Shown in pieces: positions 1 through 12,060 of a DNA stretch of 56,891 nucleotides (position 1 is the first letter of the stretch; every line of letters starts with the position of its first letter). Source of the stretch: Octopus bimaculoides (lineage: Eukaryota); NCBI RefSeq assembly GCF_001194135.2, contig NC_068987.1:54655747-54712637 (forward strand), given 5' to 3'. The notes under the pieces were generated by a model, which was not told the DNA's origin, did no database searches, and was given only the letters and a program-made list of their open reading frames with translations. A program made the position numbers and the translations under genes.

Positions 1-2
1 AT

Positions 3-231
3 TCAGACAAATACATAACAAAAATACCAGGACTTACAAATATATATAACATACAGAAAATTGCACTACTGAGCACTGCACACATCCTACGCAAAACACT
101 TTCAATACAGTAACCATAAGAGCACCACAGCAAACCACAGCACATACCCAAGGCGCACAGAGCTGCGCTCGGTAGTGAAGTGAAAGCACGTTATAAAAAT
201 AAAACTACTGAACAATAATAATAATAATAAT
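3..231 (+). mobile_element. 3' end of R4/Dong-like RLE non-LTR retrotransposon (ORF tail, 3' UTR, (AAT)n)
   Basis: Frame from 3 reads SDKYITKIPGLTNIYNIQKIALLSTAHILRKTLSIQ* (stop 111-113), the typical R4/Dong C-terminus; ends in (AAT)n at about 215-231. Confidence 0.8.
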
Positions 232-443
232 CAGATGCAGAGAAATACATAACTAAAACCCCAGGACTTAGAAATATGCATCATGTGCAGAAAATGGCAC
301 TGCTAGGCACTGCAGACATATGATGTATAGCACTCTGAAGATTTTAGGAACAGCAAATCAAAAACAGAGCATTGAACATACACAAGGTACACTGAAACGT
401 AATTGATGGCACAGAGACAGCATACAATAAAAATCAGACAACC

Positions 444-477
<34 letters not shown>

Positions 478-478
478 C
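232..478 (+). mobile_element. Second, older R4/Dong-like 3' end
   Basis: Reads AEKYITKTPGLRNMHHVQKMALLGTADI*, homologous to the copy at 3-113; ends in a long (AAT)n. Confidence 0.65.
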
Positions 479-519
479 ATTTAATGTCCGCTTTCCATGC
501 TAGCATGGGTTGGAAAAAA

Positions 520-605
520 GGGGACAATGATTTGCCTGATCAAGGAATTGAACCTGCAACCTTATGATCGTGATCTCAGTACCCTAACCATAAGACCACA
601 CAACT
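520..605 (-). mobile_element. tRNA-like SINE head fragment (local family D)
   Basis: Minus strand GTTGTGTGGTCTTATGGTTAGGGT...GGTTCAATTCCT has A/B-box-like motifs; related copy at about 20940-21078. Confidence 0.45.
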
Positions 606-617
606 TCAATAATAATA

Positions 618-746
618 ATAATCCTTTCTAAAAAAGGCATAAGGCCTGAAATTTCTCGGAAAGTGACTAGTCAATTACATCGACCATAGTGTTTCACTAA
701 TAGTTAATTTATCAACTCTGAAAGAATGGAAGGCAAAGTTGACCTT
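618..746 (-). mobile_element. SINE family C, 3' fragment
   Basis: Matches copies at 1160-1285, 1318-1530 and 45434-45660 (GGATGAAAGGCAAAGTYGACC / ATTACATCGACC); abuts (AAT)n. Confidence 0.7.
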
Positions 747-768
747 GTATAATAATAAAAATTATAAT

Positions 769-1137
769 AACAAGAGCACTCAGAGAGCAGAAACCTCTGC
801 CAAGGCAACACCAAAATCCTCTCAACGATTAGCCAGAGATGATTTTTAAAATGAGAATATCTGAAATAAACTCAGCTGCTCTCAAAAACGAATATACTAA
901 AAATGAACCTGACCGCTCTCAAAAGTTAAGTAAAAAAAAAAACAGGAAAAATAATCCAGAATCCTTGTCTAGTACCATATTTTTCCCAAAATCTAATCAG
1001 TTTGTGCCAGTCATGAGGCCAAACATTCCTGAAAGTTTCATCCGAATCCACCCAGCAGTTTTTGAGATATCTTGTCCACAGACAAACAAACTAACGCAAC
1101 TGAAAACAATACCTCCACCTTCGCTAAGGCAGAGGCA
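769..1137 (-). mobile_element. Non-autonomous Helentron/HINE-like element
   Basis: Hairpin ACCTCCACCTT-CGCT-AAGGCAGAGG at 1111-1135; subterminal repeat ACCTCTGCCAAGG at 793-805; short terminal hairpin GCACTCAGAGAGC; sits in AAT-rich sites. Family assignment is from structural resemblance. Confidence 0.55.
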
Positions 1138-1159
1138 ATAATAATATTAATAATAATAA

Positions 1160-1285
1160 TAATTTCTACTAAAAGCACAAGGCCTGAAATTTTTGGAGAG
1201 GGGACTAGTCAATTACATCAACCACAGTGTTTCACTGGAATTTAATTTATTGACCCCGAAAGGATGAAAGGCAAAGTTGACCTCA
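1160..1285 (-). mobile_element. SINE family C, 3' fragment
   Basis: Near-match to 618-746. Confidence 0.7.
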
Positions 1286-1317
1286 TATAATAATAAATAT
1301 AATGATTATAATAATGG

Positions 1318-1530
1318 TTTCAAATTTTGCCACAAGGGCAGCAATTTTGTGGAAAGAGATAAATCGATTACATCGACCCCGGTGTTCAACTGGTACTTAT
1401 TTCATTGACTTCCCAAAGGATGAAAGGCAAAGTCAACCTCGGCGGGATTTGAACTCTGAACGTAAAGACAGACGAAATGCCACAAAACCTTTTGCCCGGC
1501 ATGCTAATGATTCAGCCAGCTCACCACCTT
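1318..1530 (-). mobile_element. SINE family C, near full length
   Basis: Minus strand starts GGTGGTGAGCTGGCTGAATCATTAGCATGCC with B-box-like GAGTTCAAATCCC; central GCCTTTCATCCTTTGGG motif; (ATT)n tail. Confidence 0.75.
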
Positions 1531-1643
1531 AATAACAATGATGATGATGATGATTTCATTTATTTGCCACAAGGGCAAAGGATGAGGTGGGGGACAATAT
1601 AAAAGCAGGCATAAACTGTGGAGGTTTACATATAATGAAATGA

Positions 1644-1680
<37 letters not shown>

Positions 1681-1867
1681 GAGTAAGTATACACAGCTAC
1701 AATGAAAAGGAAGGCAAATACAAATAGTATACAAAGGTTAAAAAAAAAAAAGAGGGGGGTGGTAGAGATGTAGTCTTCCTGATACAGGATGACCTCTAGA
1801 GATAATCAAGGAACCCCACTGTCCAAGATCTCCTTGAACACCAAAGCAAGTTCCCTCTCCAATTCTC

Positions 1868-2012
1868 TTTCTCTGGACTCTCCAATCAAAGACAATATGT
1901 GAGTGTTCAGCTTTTGTCAAACAACCTGAAAAAATGCTTTGTTTATAGTGACCAAATGTATGGGCTGTACATTCACTCATTCCTTCCATCAAATCAACAT
2001 TGCTTGAACAAG
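1868..2012. repeat. Unclassified interspersed repeat (second copy at 25228-25362)
   Basis: Shared blocks CTCTCC..TCAAAGACAA, TTTGTTTATAGTGAYCAAATG and TCCTTCCATCAAAT in both copies. Confidence 0.6.
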
Positions 2013-2261
2013 CAATGGTGGTGGTGGTGGTGGTGGTCATGATGGTGCATGTGTATTTATACACATGATGGGCCTCTTTCGATTTCCTTTAACCAAATCC
2101 ATTCACCACAGATTTTTGGCCTGTTTGGCACTGTGGTAGAAGACACTCAAGGTGCTGTGCAGCAGGACTGAACTAAAACTATCTGGTTGGGAAGCAAACT
2201 TCTTAACCACACAGCTGCCAATGAATTACTGCTTAACCTTTAGTTCTTTTCATTGTTAATC

Positions 2262-2420
2262 CCCAGATCAAAAGCTCTAATCTAACAGACGTATAATCAA
2301 AGTCATTCCAGCCATGATCAATTCTCATCCATAACATACATAATCTAACATATCCTTCCATCACCAATATCATCTAAGGTAGATTTAGCTGTTGTTTCTA
2401 GTAAGTCAAGCAACTAACTG
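2262..2420. repeat. Unclassified interspersed repeat (second copy at about 27938-28120)
   Basis: Shared CCATGAYCA and GATKTRGYTGYTRTTTCTAG blocks; degenerate. Confidence 0.45.
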
Positions 2421-2571
2421 AGGCACTTCCCCATTGGTATTCTCTATTCTAGCATGTTATGTCTATCATATATATAAATACTGTGTCCCTTGTGTGTCAA
2501 GGAACACACAAGAAATTGCTTGGTACAGCATAATAAAAATAAATAAAAATGCCTAAAGAAAGACGAATTAC

Positions 2572-2717
2572 CGTAATACAGAAGCAAAGGGATATAATGG
2601 TTCCTTTGTTATCAAAATTCTTTGATGCCATAACTATGATACAATATGTAAAGCCATGATACATCATAGAGGTCTTTCATCAATACTAAGATAGATTCGA
2701 GGTTGACTCTAGTTTGT
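2572..2717 (-). other. Weak candidate exon (possible start-codon exon)
   Basis: Branch-like TTCTAAC, acceptor ttgtttAG at 2718-2719, donor ACG|GTAATT at 2571; ATG at 2667 gives MMYHGFTYCIIVMASKNFDNKGTIISLCFCIT with a phase-0 exit. No homology recognised. Confidence 0.25.
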
Positions 2718-2786
2718 CTAAACAAATAGATGAATCCTGAAAATGTTAGAATTGGTGTATACAGCAAAAGACAAAATAAAATGTTT

Positions 2787-2870
<84 letters not shown>

Positions 2871-3465
2871 NNNNNNNNNNNNNNNNNNNNNNNNNNNNNN
2901 NNNNNNNNNNNNNNNNNNNNNNNNNNNNNNNNNNNNNNNNNNNNNNNNNNNNNNNNNNNNNNNNNNNNNNNNNNNNNNNNNNNNNNNNNNNNNNNNNNNN
3001 NNNNNNNNNNNNNNNNNNNNNNNNNNNNNNNNNNNNNNNNNNNNNNNNNNNNNNNNNNNNNNNNNNNNNNNNNNNNNNNNNNNNNNNNNNNNNNNNNNNN
3101 NNNNNNNNNNNNNNNNNNNNNNNNNNNNNNNNNNNNNNNNNNNNNNNNNNNNNNNNNNNNNNNNNNNNNNNNNNNNNNNNNNNNNNNNNNNNNNNNNNNN
3201 NNNNNNNNNNNNNNNNNNNNNNNNNNNNNNNNNNNNNNNNNNNNNNNNNNNNNNNNNNNNNNNNNNNNNNNNNNNNNNNNNNNNNNNNNNNNNNNNNNNN
3301 NNNNNNNNNNNNNNNNNNNNNNNNNNNNNNNNNNNNNNNNNNNNNNNNNNNNNNNNNNNNNNNNNTATATACATATATATATATTTGTATATATATACAT
3401 GCCTGTATGTATGTATATATAAATATACATATATATATATATGGTTGTATGTATGTATGTATGTA

Positions 3466-3513
<48 letters not shown>

Positions 3514-3779
3514 CATATATAAGATGATCAGGATGGGTATTATGAGGATGATAATGAAAGAATATCAGAAGGGAGGAGGAGGAGGAGGAGGAGGAGGAGA
3601 GAATGTGAACAATGTAGATGACAATAGTGGTAACGATGATGGAAAGGTTGATGGTTCTCAAGCAGGATAGGATAAAGAACAGCATAAATATCTCACCAAT
3701 ATCGTACAATGAGTCAAAATATGATATGAACTTTGCCATGCCTTATATTATGAAACCGAAGCTTATAAAAGAGACAGTT

Positions 3780-4117
3780 GAAGGAGGGCTGTCTCTTTCA
3801 CCCTCTCTATTACTCTCTCTCTCTCTCTCACTTTCTCTTTCTTATTCTCCCTCTCTCTCTCTCTTTCTCCAACTGTTTCTATCCCTTTCTCTCACTACCT
3901 TTCCCTCTTTCTCTCACTCTCTCTCTCTCCTCCTTTCAATATCTCTTTTTTCTCCATATCTCTCTCTTGGTTTTTATCTTTCTCTCCATCTCTCCATCTC
4001 TCTCTCTCTCTTACTTTCTCTCTCTCACTTTCTCTCTCTCACTTTCTCTCTCTCTCTTTCTCCACATGTTTCTCTCCCTTTCTTTCACTACCTTTTTCTT
4101 GCTCTCTCTCTCTCTCA

Positions 4118-4148
<31 letters not shown>

Positions 4149-4288
4149 TCTCCCTCTTTCAACCCTTCTGTTTCTCATCATCTATCTATCTCCCTTTCTC
4201 TCTCTCTATCTTTCTTACTTTCTGCCTCTCTCAGGTTCTATCTTTCTCTTTCTTGCTCTCTTTGTCTCTCTCTCTCTCTCTCTCTTTC

Positions 4289-4342
<54 letters not shown>

Positions 4343-4510
4343 AACCCTTCTGTTTCTCACCATCTATCTATCTCCCTTTCTCTCTCTCTCTTTCTTACTT
4401 TCTGTCTCTCTTAGGTTCTATCTTTCGCTTTCTTACTCTCTTTCTCTATTTCTTTTCCTCTCTCCTATTTTCTCTTTCTCCCCCCTCTCTCTCTCTCACA
4501 CACACACACT
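3780..4510. repeat. (CT)n-rich polypyrimidine tract with an internal duplication of about 182-bp period
   Basis: TTCAACCCTTCTGTTTCTCA...AGGTTCTATCTTTC occurs at about 4158 and about 4340. Confidence 0.85.
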
Positions 4511-5526
4511 TACACTAGCACACACTCACCCACAAACACAAGACTTTTCTCTTTATTCTTCAATAAGATCAAGAAATTTTTTCTTNNNNNNNNNNNNNNN
4601 NNNNNNNNNNNNNNNNNNNNNNNNNNNNNNNNNNNNNNNNNNNNNNNNNNNNNNNNNNNNNNNNNNNNNNNNNNNNNNNNNNNNNNNNNNNNNNNNNNNN
4701 NNNNNNNNNNNNNNNNNNNNNNNNNNNNNNNNNNNNNNNNNNNNNNNNNNNNNNNNNNNNNNNNNNNNNNNNNNNNNNNNNNNNNNNNNNNNNNNNNNNN
4801 NNNNNNNNNNNNNNNNNNNNNNNNNNNNNNNNNNNNNNNNNNNNNNNNNNNNNNNNNNNNNNNNNNNNNNNNNNNNNNNNNNNNNNNNNNNNNNNNNNNN
4901 NNNNNNNNNNNNNNNNNNNNNNNNNNNNNNNNNNNNNNNNNNNNNNNNNNNNNNNNNNNNNNNNNNNNNNNNNNNNNNNNNNNNNNNNNNNNNNNNNNNN
5001 NNNNNNNNNNNNNNNNNNNNNNNNNNNNNNNNNNNNNNNNNNNNNNNNNNNNNNNNNNNNNNNNNNNNNNNNNNNNNNNNNNNNNNNNNNNNNNNNNNNN
5101 NNNNNNNNNNNNNNNNNNNNNNNNNNNNNNNNNNNNNNNNNNNNNNNNNNNNNNNNNNNNNNNNNNNNNNNNNNNNNNNNNNNNNNNNNNNNNNNNNNNN
5201 NNNNNNNNNNNNNNNNNNNNNNNNNNNNNNNNNNNNNNNNNNNNNNNNNNNNNNNNNNNNNNNNNNNNNNNNNNNNNNNNNNNNNNNNNNNNNNNNNNNN
5301 NNNNNNNNNNNNNNNNNNNNNNNNNNNNNNNNNNNNNNNNNNNNNNNNNNNNNNNNNNNNNNNNNNNNNNNNNNNNNNNNNNNNNNNNNNNNNNNNNNNN
5401 NNNNNNNNNNNNNNNNNNATATATATATTATTAAAGTATAAGCATATATATTCATACATATTGACATACATTACCCCATGCATACTTGCACACATACATA
5501 AACATACATACATACATATGTGTGTA

Positions 5527-5557
<31 letters not shown>

Positions 5558-5612
5558 CTATATATATATATGTATATATGTATATATATATGTATATATA
5601 TCTATCTATCTA

Positions 5613-5658
<46 letters not shown>

Positions 5659-5828
5659 TACACACATGTATATATAGAGTTTTTCTTCCTTCCTTCCTTT
5701 TTTCTTACACATACACACATACACACACATACACACATATATACATAGTTTTCTTGCTGCTTTCTCTCATATATATTTGTGTGTGTGGTGTGTGTGTAGG
5801 AATGTGTGTGAGAGAGTAAGAGAGAGAG

Positions 5829-5877
<49 letters not shown>

Positions 5878-6699
5878 AGTAGAAAGAATGAGACAGAGAG
5901 TGGAGCAGTCTGGCAAACGGACAGACAGTGAGTAAATGCCATTTCATAATCCATTCCAACAGAGATATCAAATCAGGTGCAACTTCAACTAAGGGGCAGG
6001 TCTATATTTACTACAACACAATCATTTTAATCTCTCCTTGATACAACCACCACCACCACCAACACCAACACCACTACCATCACTACCTCTATTCTGTTTA
6101 TTTCATATTTTCTACACTATGTATATATTTATTTTATGTATGTATGTATGTATGTATATATGTATGTGTGGTGGCTGTATTTTATGAAATGATTTTCACC
6201 TTTTTCTAATTATAGTAATCACCGAAGTAGTCTCCCGAGGGCCTACCAATAGATATGGTATACTACTACATCCTGGATGTTATGCATCAAGAATGGGAGG
6301 GTGTGAGTGGATGTAGGGTGCCACAAACCATGAGTAAAAACCATGGTACATGCTGGTAGTTAATCATCCTGGATTAAAAGAGATGTCATCTGTCATCTCA
6401 CATTATATCGTCATCATCATCATCATTTAACATCTGTTTTCCATGAGCTGGACAGTTTGACCGAAGGTGTTAAGTTCAGGGTGGGGGGTAGCCTACACCA
6501 GACTCCATTGTCTGTTCTGGCATGGTTTCTTTGGTTGGATGCCGTTCCTAATACCAATCACTTTATAGTATATATTGAGTGCTTTTATATGTGACATCAG
6601 CACCAGTGTTTTTAATGTGGCACCATTTCTTTTACTTACTTCAGTCATTGGACAGTTGACATGCTGCGGTAAAGCCTCAAAGGATTTAGTTAAATGACA

Positions 6700-6870
6700 C
6701 TACACACTCTGAGTGGTTGGCATTAGGAAGGGCATCCAGCTGTAGAAACTCTGCCAAATCAGATTGGAGCCTGGTGTAGCCATCTGGTTTCACCAGTCCT
6801 CAGTCAAATCGTCCAACCCATGCTAGCATGGAAAGAGGACGTTAAACGATGATGATGATGCTGATGATGA
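6700..6870 (+). mobile_element. SINE-like family B, 3' part with (GAT)n tail
   Basis: GAGTGGTTGGCATTAGGAAGGGCATCCAGCTGTAGAAAC...CATGCTAGCATGGAAAGAGGACGTTAAACGATGATG; more than 12 related copies in the window (for example 6412-6625, 34770-34915, 35628-35845, 37070-37260, 39400-39625, 40525-40712, 50900-51105). Confidence 0.85.
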
Positions 6871-7214
6871 ATGGACGCCAGCACTTATTTTTAAGTTTAT
6901 GGAGAAAAACCTGCAAAAGTTGACAAATTGAGGGCAGCCAATGAACAATAATGCACACAAATACCAAATCGGATGTTTACAATCCTGTTCCTTTACACTA
7001 TCAGCAGTACCTGAACAACAACAGTCATCAGTTTGAAAACAGGCATTCATAAAAAATTTTAATTCTGCCCCTAGAGCGTATTCAATTTTGAAAATAAAAT
7101 GTATTTTAAGAACGACCGACTTAACAATCATTCAATATGTGTATACATTTTTTGGGACACACTATGTGTATAAAGACATGTGTGTGTATGTGTGTGTGTA
7201 TGTGTGTGTGTGTG

Positions 7215-7252
<38 letters not shown>

Positions 7253-7486
7253 CATATGTGTCTTTCCTGTGGCCAACCCTGTCTTGTTTCCAAACTAGAT
7301 AATATTTCCCTTTGGCCAAATATGTTTACACAGAAAATGATGTGTACACTGATGCCTGCTGACAATTATCATGCAATATCAAAACAAGGAGACACACACA
7401 CATTGAAGCATGCATAACAGACTCCTTTCAATCTCTGTTTGCCAAATGCACTCCCAAGGCTTTGGTCTGTCTGAAGCTATACAGCT

Positions 7487-7833
7487 CAGTGGTTCTCAAC
7501 CAGGGTCCATATTGTCCTAGAGGGTCCATATAAGAGTTTTGGGATTTCATGCTCTGAAATGGTTAATTTGGGATTCCCAACAGTATTCTAAGTATTCTGA
7601 AAAAATTTTGCTTTACATGAAAGAGCAAGAAATTGCAAGAAACAGCTAGGTTTCTTTCTCTAACATTTTACATAGTTCAACACACAGAAGTTGTTGTGTG
7701 AAAATTAAAATAGGAATTTTGAAAGAAGTTTTTGGAAAGCTAGTTTTTAAACATTGAATGGTGAAGGGGTCCACCAGAATAAAATAGTAATCACAGGGGT
7801 CCATAGATAAAAAAAAATGGTTGAGAGCCCTTG
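7487..7833. mobile_element. hAT (Charlie-like) MITE inserted into a family A SINE
   Basis: Imperfect TIRs CAGTGGTTCTCAACC / GGTTGAGAGCCCTTG; flanks (about 7425-7486 and 7834-7925) are two halves of one minus-strand family A SINE. Confidence 0.75.
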
Positions 7834-8363
7834 CAATAGCTGAAGATAAAATGTCCAAGAGGACAATGGGACTGAACTTGAAACCACACAGCTGGGAAGT
7901 AAACTTCTTAACCACAGAACCACACCTAAGCCTATTCCATGCCTTACTCCAATGCAGTCAGAATAATCATTGTTCCAAACATGCTGTTAACTGGCTAGAA
8001 TGGCTCTTCCACTTGCTAGATAAATAGAACTCAAAAACAGCAACATTAATTCTCACATATGAAAACAAATACTTATTAACCGAGATTTTTTAAAGAAAAA
8101 TTCATTGGAAATCATTTTTTTTCTTTTTAATTAATCGATTTGGCAAAGTTGAGTTTTCAGGATATGTTTGAATTAATAAAGCGGTCTAATTAAATTTTAC
8201 TAATCAGTATGTTTTTTTTTCATTCATTTCCTTATATTTTTTCATATTGATACTGTTAATGTTTTTCACTGTATTTATGTCATTCATATTGCTGTTTAAG
8301 GAATGCGAGAGATTTGTTTTAATGAATTTATTACAATAAATTAAGATAACCCTCTCTCTTTCT

Positions 8364-8456
<93 letters not shown>

Positions 8457-8562
8457 ACTCTCTTGCTCTCTCCCCTAATCTCTGGGTTATTTTTTATCTC
8501 TTCCTTCTTTTGCATTTGTGTATATTTATATGTGTGTTTGTGGATGCATATTAACATGCATA

Positions 8563-8593
<31 letters not shown>

Positions 8594-8633
8594 GATATAT
8601 ATATTTATATATATAGATATATATGTATGTATG

Positions 8634-8668
<35 letters not shown>

Positions 8669-9068
8669 GTTTACACTCATCTGTATTCATCTCTCTTCTT
8701 ATCTGTCTCTTTGTATGCATGTATGTATGCAAGCATACATGTATGTATGTACATTTGTTTTTATGTGTATGCATATGTGTGTGCATGTGTGCGTGTATGT
8801 GTGCATTTGTGTATGCATGTGCTCATATGCCTGTGTATATATATATATATATGTGTGTGTTTGACTGGGTGTGTGAGTGGCTAAGGATTAGATTATTGAG
8901 GTCAGTAAGAGGGAGATGGAGAAAGAGAGAGAGAAGCAGTCACTGTCTACTCCATTCTATCTCTCTTGTCCATTACTTTCTATAGTATGACTCTCCTTCT
9001 CTCTCTCTCTCTCTCCCTCTCCACATTCTGGTTCTTTCCTCTTACTATCCCTTCTATGACTCCCTTAC
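8669..9068 (+). repeat. About 400-bp local direct duplication, copy 1
   Basis: From GTTTACACTCATCTGTATTCATC to TCCCTTAC; high identity to 10450-10843 including non-microsatellite blocks. Confidence 0.9.
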
Positions 9069-9932
9069 CTTTCCTCCTCCCTCTTTCATCACACTCTGGG
9101 CTATTTTTCTCCCAGTCATGCTGCTTTCAATGAATGGAATCAATGTCAAAGAGGACTCTTTAGTCTTGTGCAGGACATGGCAACACCCCTGAGGCTGCTG
9201 TCATGCTGAAATGAACCTTGTTGTTGTTGACACAGATGCAGCCAAGGCTCTTAGGTGTAGTTAAGAAGTTTGCTTCAGAGCCATGTAGCATAGGGGATTT
9301 GGTCCTTCTGCAAGGACACTGTTAGCTGGAGACATGTTCCATAGTCACAGATCAGCCAACATCTTGTGAATGAAATTGGCAGAGGGAAACTAAAGAAGCC
9401 CATCATACTCATGCCCACATATGCAAATACACACACACACACACACATGCACAGTCATACATACACATACTAATACATATACACACACATATATGTATCT
9501 AGGTGCGTCAGTATGTGAGGGTTTCTTTATCTGAGTAAATTCACATTTTCCTTTGTTTTCTAGTGTGTTTACTGATTGTGAACAAAAGACTCATGCATAT
9601 GGTGTCAATGATTGTTTCCAATCTTCCCTGTAACTACGTTCAAGCTAAAGGTTGATATCAAGAAGGGCATCCAACCATTAGAAAATTTTACTCTAATGTT
9701 GTTTCATTTGATCCATGCAAGCATGGAAAACTAGATTCTAAATTGATGATATAAATATACACATACACATATATATATATATAAATATAATTTATATAAG
9801 GGCATTAAATTAATAAATTAATAAATATAAATATATTTATAGGGAATAAATGATGTTTTTTTTCCCCTTATGAGGTTTTTTCACGCTAACTACTTGATAA
9901 ATTCTTATAAAGACTTTATCCTATTATTAAAT

Positions 9933-10000
<68 letters not shown>

Positions 10001-10387
10001 CATATGTCTGAGTGTGTACATACATGTGTGTGTGTGAGTGAGAAAGAGAGAGAGAGAGAGAGAGCAATAGCATCATCATCATCATCATTCCTATCATTTT
10101 CAGGCTTGCAAGATTTAAACCTGATAAGATCCAAGTCAGTTCTTCTCTAGAGTTACCTTTCTCATAGATGCATTATTGAATTTTATTTTTATTTCTAACA
10201 CATTTTCTGTGGCTGGATGGTCAGATGCCCTTCTAGAAATCAAGCTCGTTACAGAGAGTACAATGTTCATTTCATCATGACACCATTACTAGAGAGGTTG
10301 TCAAGTCCTACACAAGACTAAAGGGTCTCCTTTATCTAACATTGATTCCATTCATTGAAAGAAACAAGAATGAGACAGTAATTGCCC

Positions 10388-10449
<62 letters not shown>

Positions 10450-10453
<4 letters not shown>

Positions 10454-10843
10454 ACACTCATCTGTATTCATCTCTCTTCTTATCTGTCTCTTTGTATGCA
10501 TGTATGTATGCAAGCATACATGTATGTATGTACATTTGTTCTTATGTGTATGTGTATGTGTGTGCACATGTGTGCATGTGTGCGTTTATATGTGCATGTG
10601 TTCATATGCCTGTGTGTATATATATATATGTGTTTGACTGGGTGTGTGAGTGGCTAAGGATTAGATTTTTGAGGTCAGTATGAGGGAGATGGAGATAGAG
10701 AGAGAGAAGCAGTCACTGTCTACTTCATTCTATCTCTCTCTCCATTACTTTCTCTAGTATGACTCTCCTTCCCTCTCTCTCCCCCCTCTCTCTCTCCATA
10801 TTCTGGTTCTTTCCTCTTACTATCCCTTCTATCACTCCCTTAC
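10450..10843 (+). repeat. About 400-bp local direct duplication, copy 2
   Basis: Matches 8669-9068; ends in a fold-back inverted repeat. Confidence 0.9.
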
Positions 10844-11254
10844 AGAGGGAGTGATAGAAGGGAGGACAGAGGTAAGGAAGTGATAGAAGGAAGAGGAGAG
10901 TAGGACAGGAGAACTAGAATGAAGGAGAGAGAGAGTGAGTTACACAGGTAGAGTAAAGGGAGAGGAAGATATAAACAGACAGCTACATATTTGTTGTTGG
11001 TAAAGTGGTTGTGTAAAAAATGAATCTCTAACAGAAATTGATAAAATATACATCAGATTGAAATAAGTGCTGAGATTCATGAGATTGACTACAATAACTG
11101 ACAACACATATCCAGTGACTGATATGTAAGAATAAAAGATTGTATGGTACATACATGCAACTTCATGTTTTGACGATTCTATTGTCAGTTTCAGCCAGAG
11201 TCAGTGGCCACGCTGAGGCACCACCAATGAAAGAAAGCAAATATCAATCACTGG

Positions 11255-11330
11255 ATGCTGAAACCCAGGGTTGAACCAGGGACCTTTAGCTGTTCAGGCC
11301 AATGCACTATCAACTGAGTCATATTCATAT
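11255..11330 (-). pseudogene. Degenerate tRNA-like sequence or SINE head
   Basis: Minus strand GACTCAGTTGATAGTGCATTGG...GGTCCCTGGTTCAACCCTGG shows D-arm and T-arm-like motifs; a full cloverleaf is not supported. Confidence 0.3.
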
Positions 11331-11339
11331 ATGCATTGA

Positions 11340-11436
11340 GATAGATAGATAGATAGATAGATAAAAACAGACAGACAGACAGGCAGGCAGACAGAAAGAC
11401 AAACAGACAGATGGATGGATGGATGGACAGACAGAC

Positions 11437-11520
<84 letters not shown>

Positions 11521-11705
11521 GCAGGCAGGCAGACAGCCACACAGGCAGGTAGGCAAGCAGACAGAAAGACAGACAAACAGAAAGACAGATAGATAGACAG
11601 ACAGACAGACAGACAGGTATATAGACAGACAGATATATAGACAGACAGATATATAGACAGACAGATATATAGACAGACAGATATATAGACAGACAGACAG
11701 ACAGG

Positions 11706-11737
<32 letters not shown>

Positions 11738-11762
11738 TAGATAGATCGATAGATAGATAGAT
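11340..11762. repeat. Compound microsatellite (GATA/GACA/GGAT/TA/GA/GGCA)
   Basis: Directly visible. Confidence 0.95.
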
Positions 11763-11764
11763 AC

Positions 11765-12060
11765 ATTTCTTTTATTAGCCACACAGGGCTCAACGAAGAT
11801 GGGACAAATACAATGTAGAGCTTTTCTTTTTGGGAGGGGGAAGGAAGGGGGGAAAAAAAGGGGTGGTGTCGATCAAAAGGGATCAAAAAAAAAAAAGAAA
11901 AGAAAGGCCGATCAATAGGGATCGTGTATCACACAGTAATGTTCTCGTGTAAAAAGAGGGGAGGACAGTTTAGGTTTAGCCGTGGAAAGAAAAGCCTACG
12001 GAAAAGACCACAGTAACCTTGGTCAATATTCTCATTGAAGAAACTATAACAGTAAGTGAC
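11765..12060 (-). mobile_element. 3' end of a non-LTR element (possibly L1/Tx1-like)
   Basis: CpG-retaining segment ending (minus strand) in GGCTAATAAAAGAAAT, lying between (GATA)n tracts; no protein motif, so the clade is tentative. Confidence 0.4.

Noticed and set aside
839-1141. 100-aa ORF
   Set aside because: It lies wholly within the Helentron-like repeat and has no domain signal.
1738-2064. 108-aa minus ORF that looked exon-like
   Set aside because: Its core is a dispersed repeat also present at 25228-25362.
6823-7131. Cys-rich minus ORF with possible splice sites (TADSVKEQDCKHPI)
   Set aside because: Several conflicting AG/GT choices, no recognisable homology, and the ORF runs into a SINE tail.
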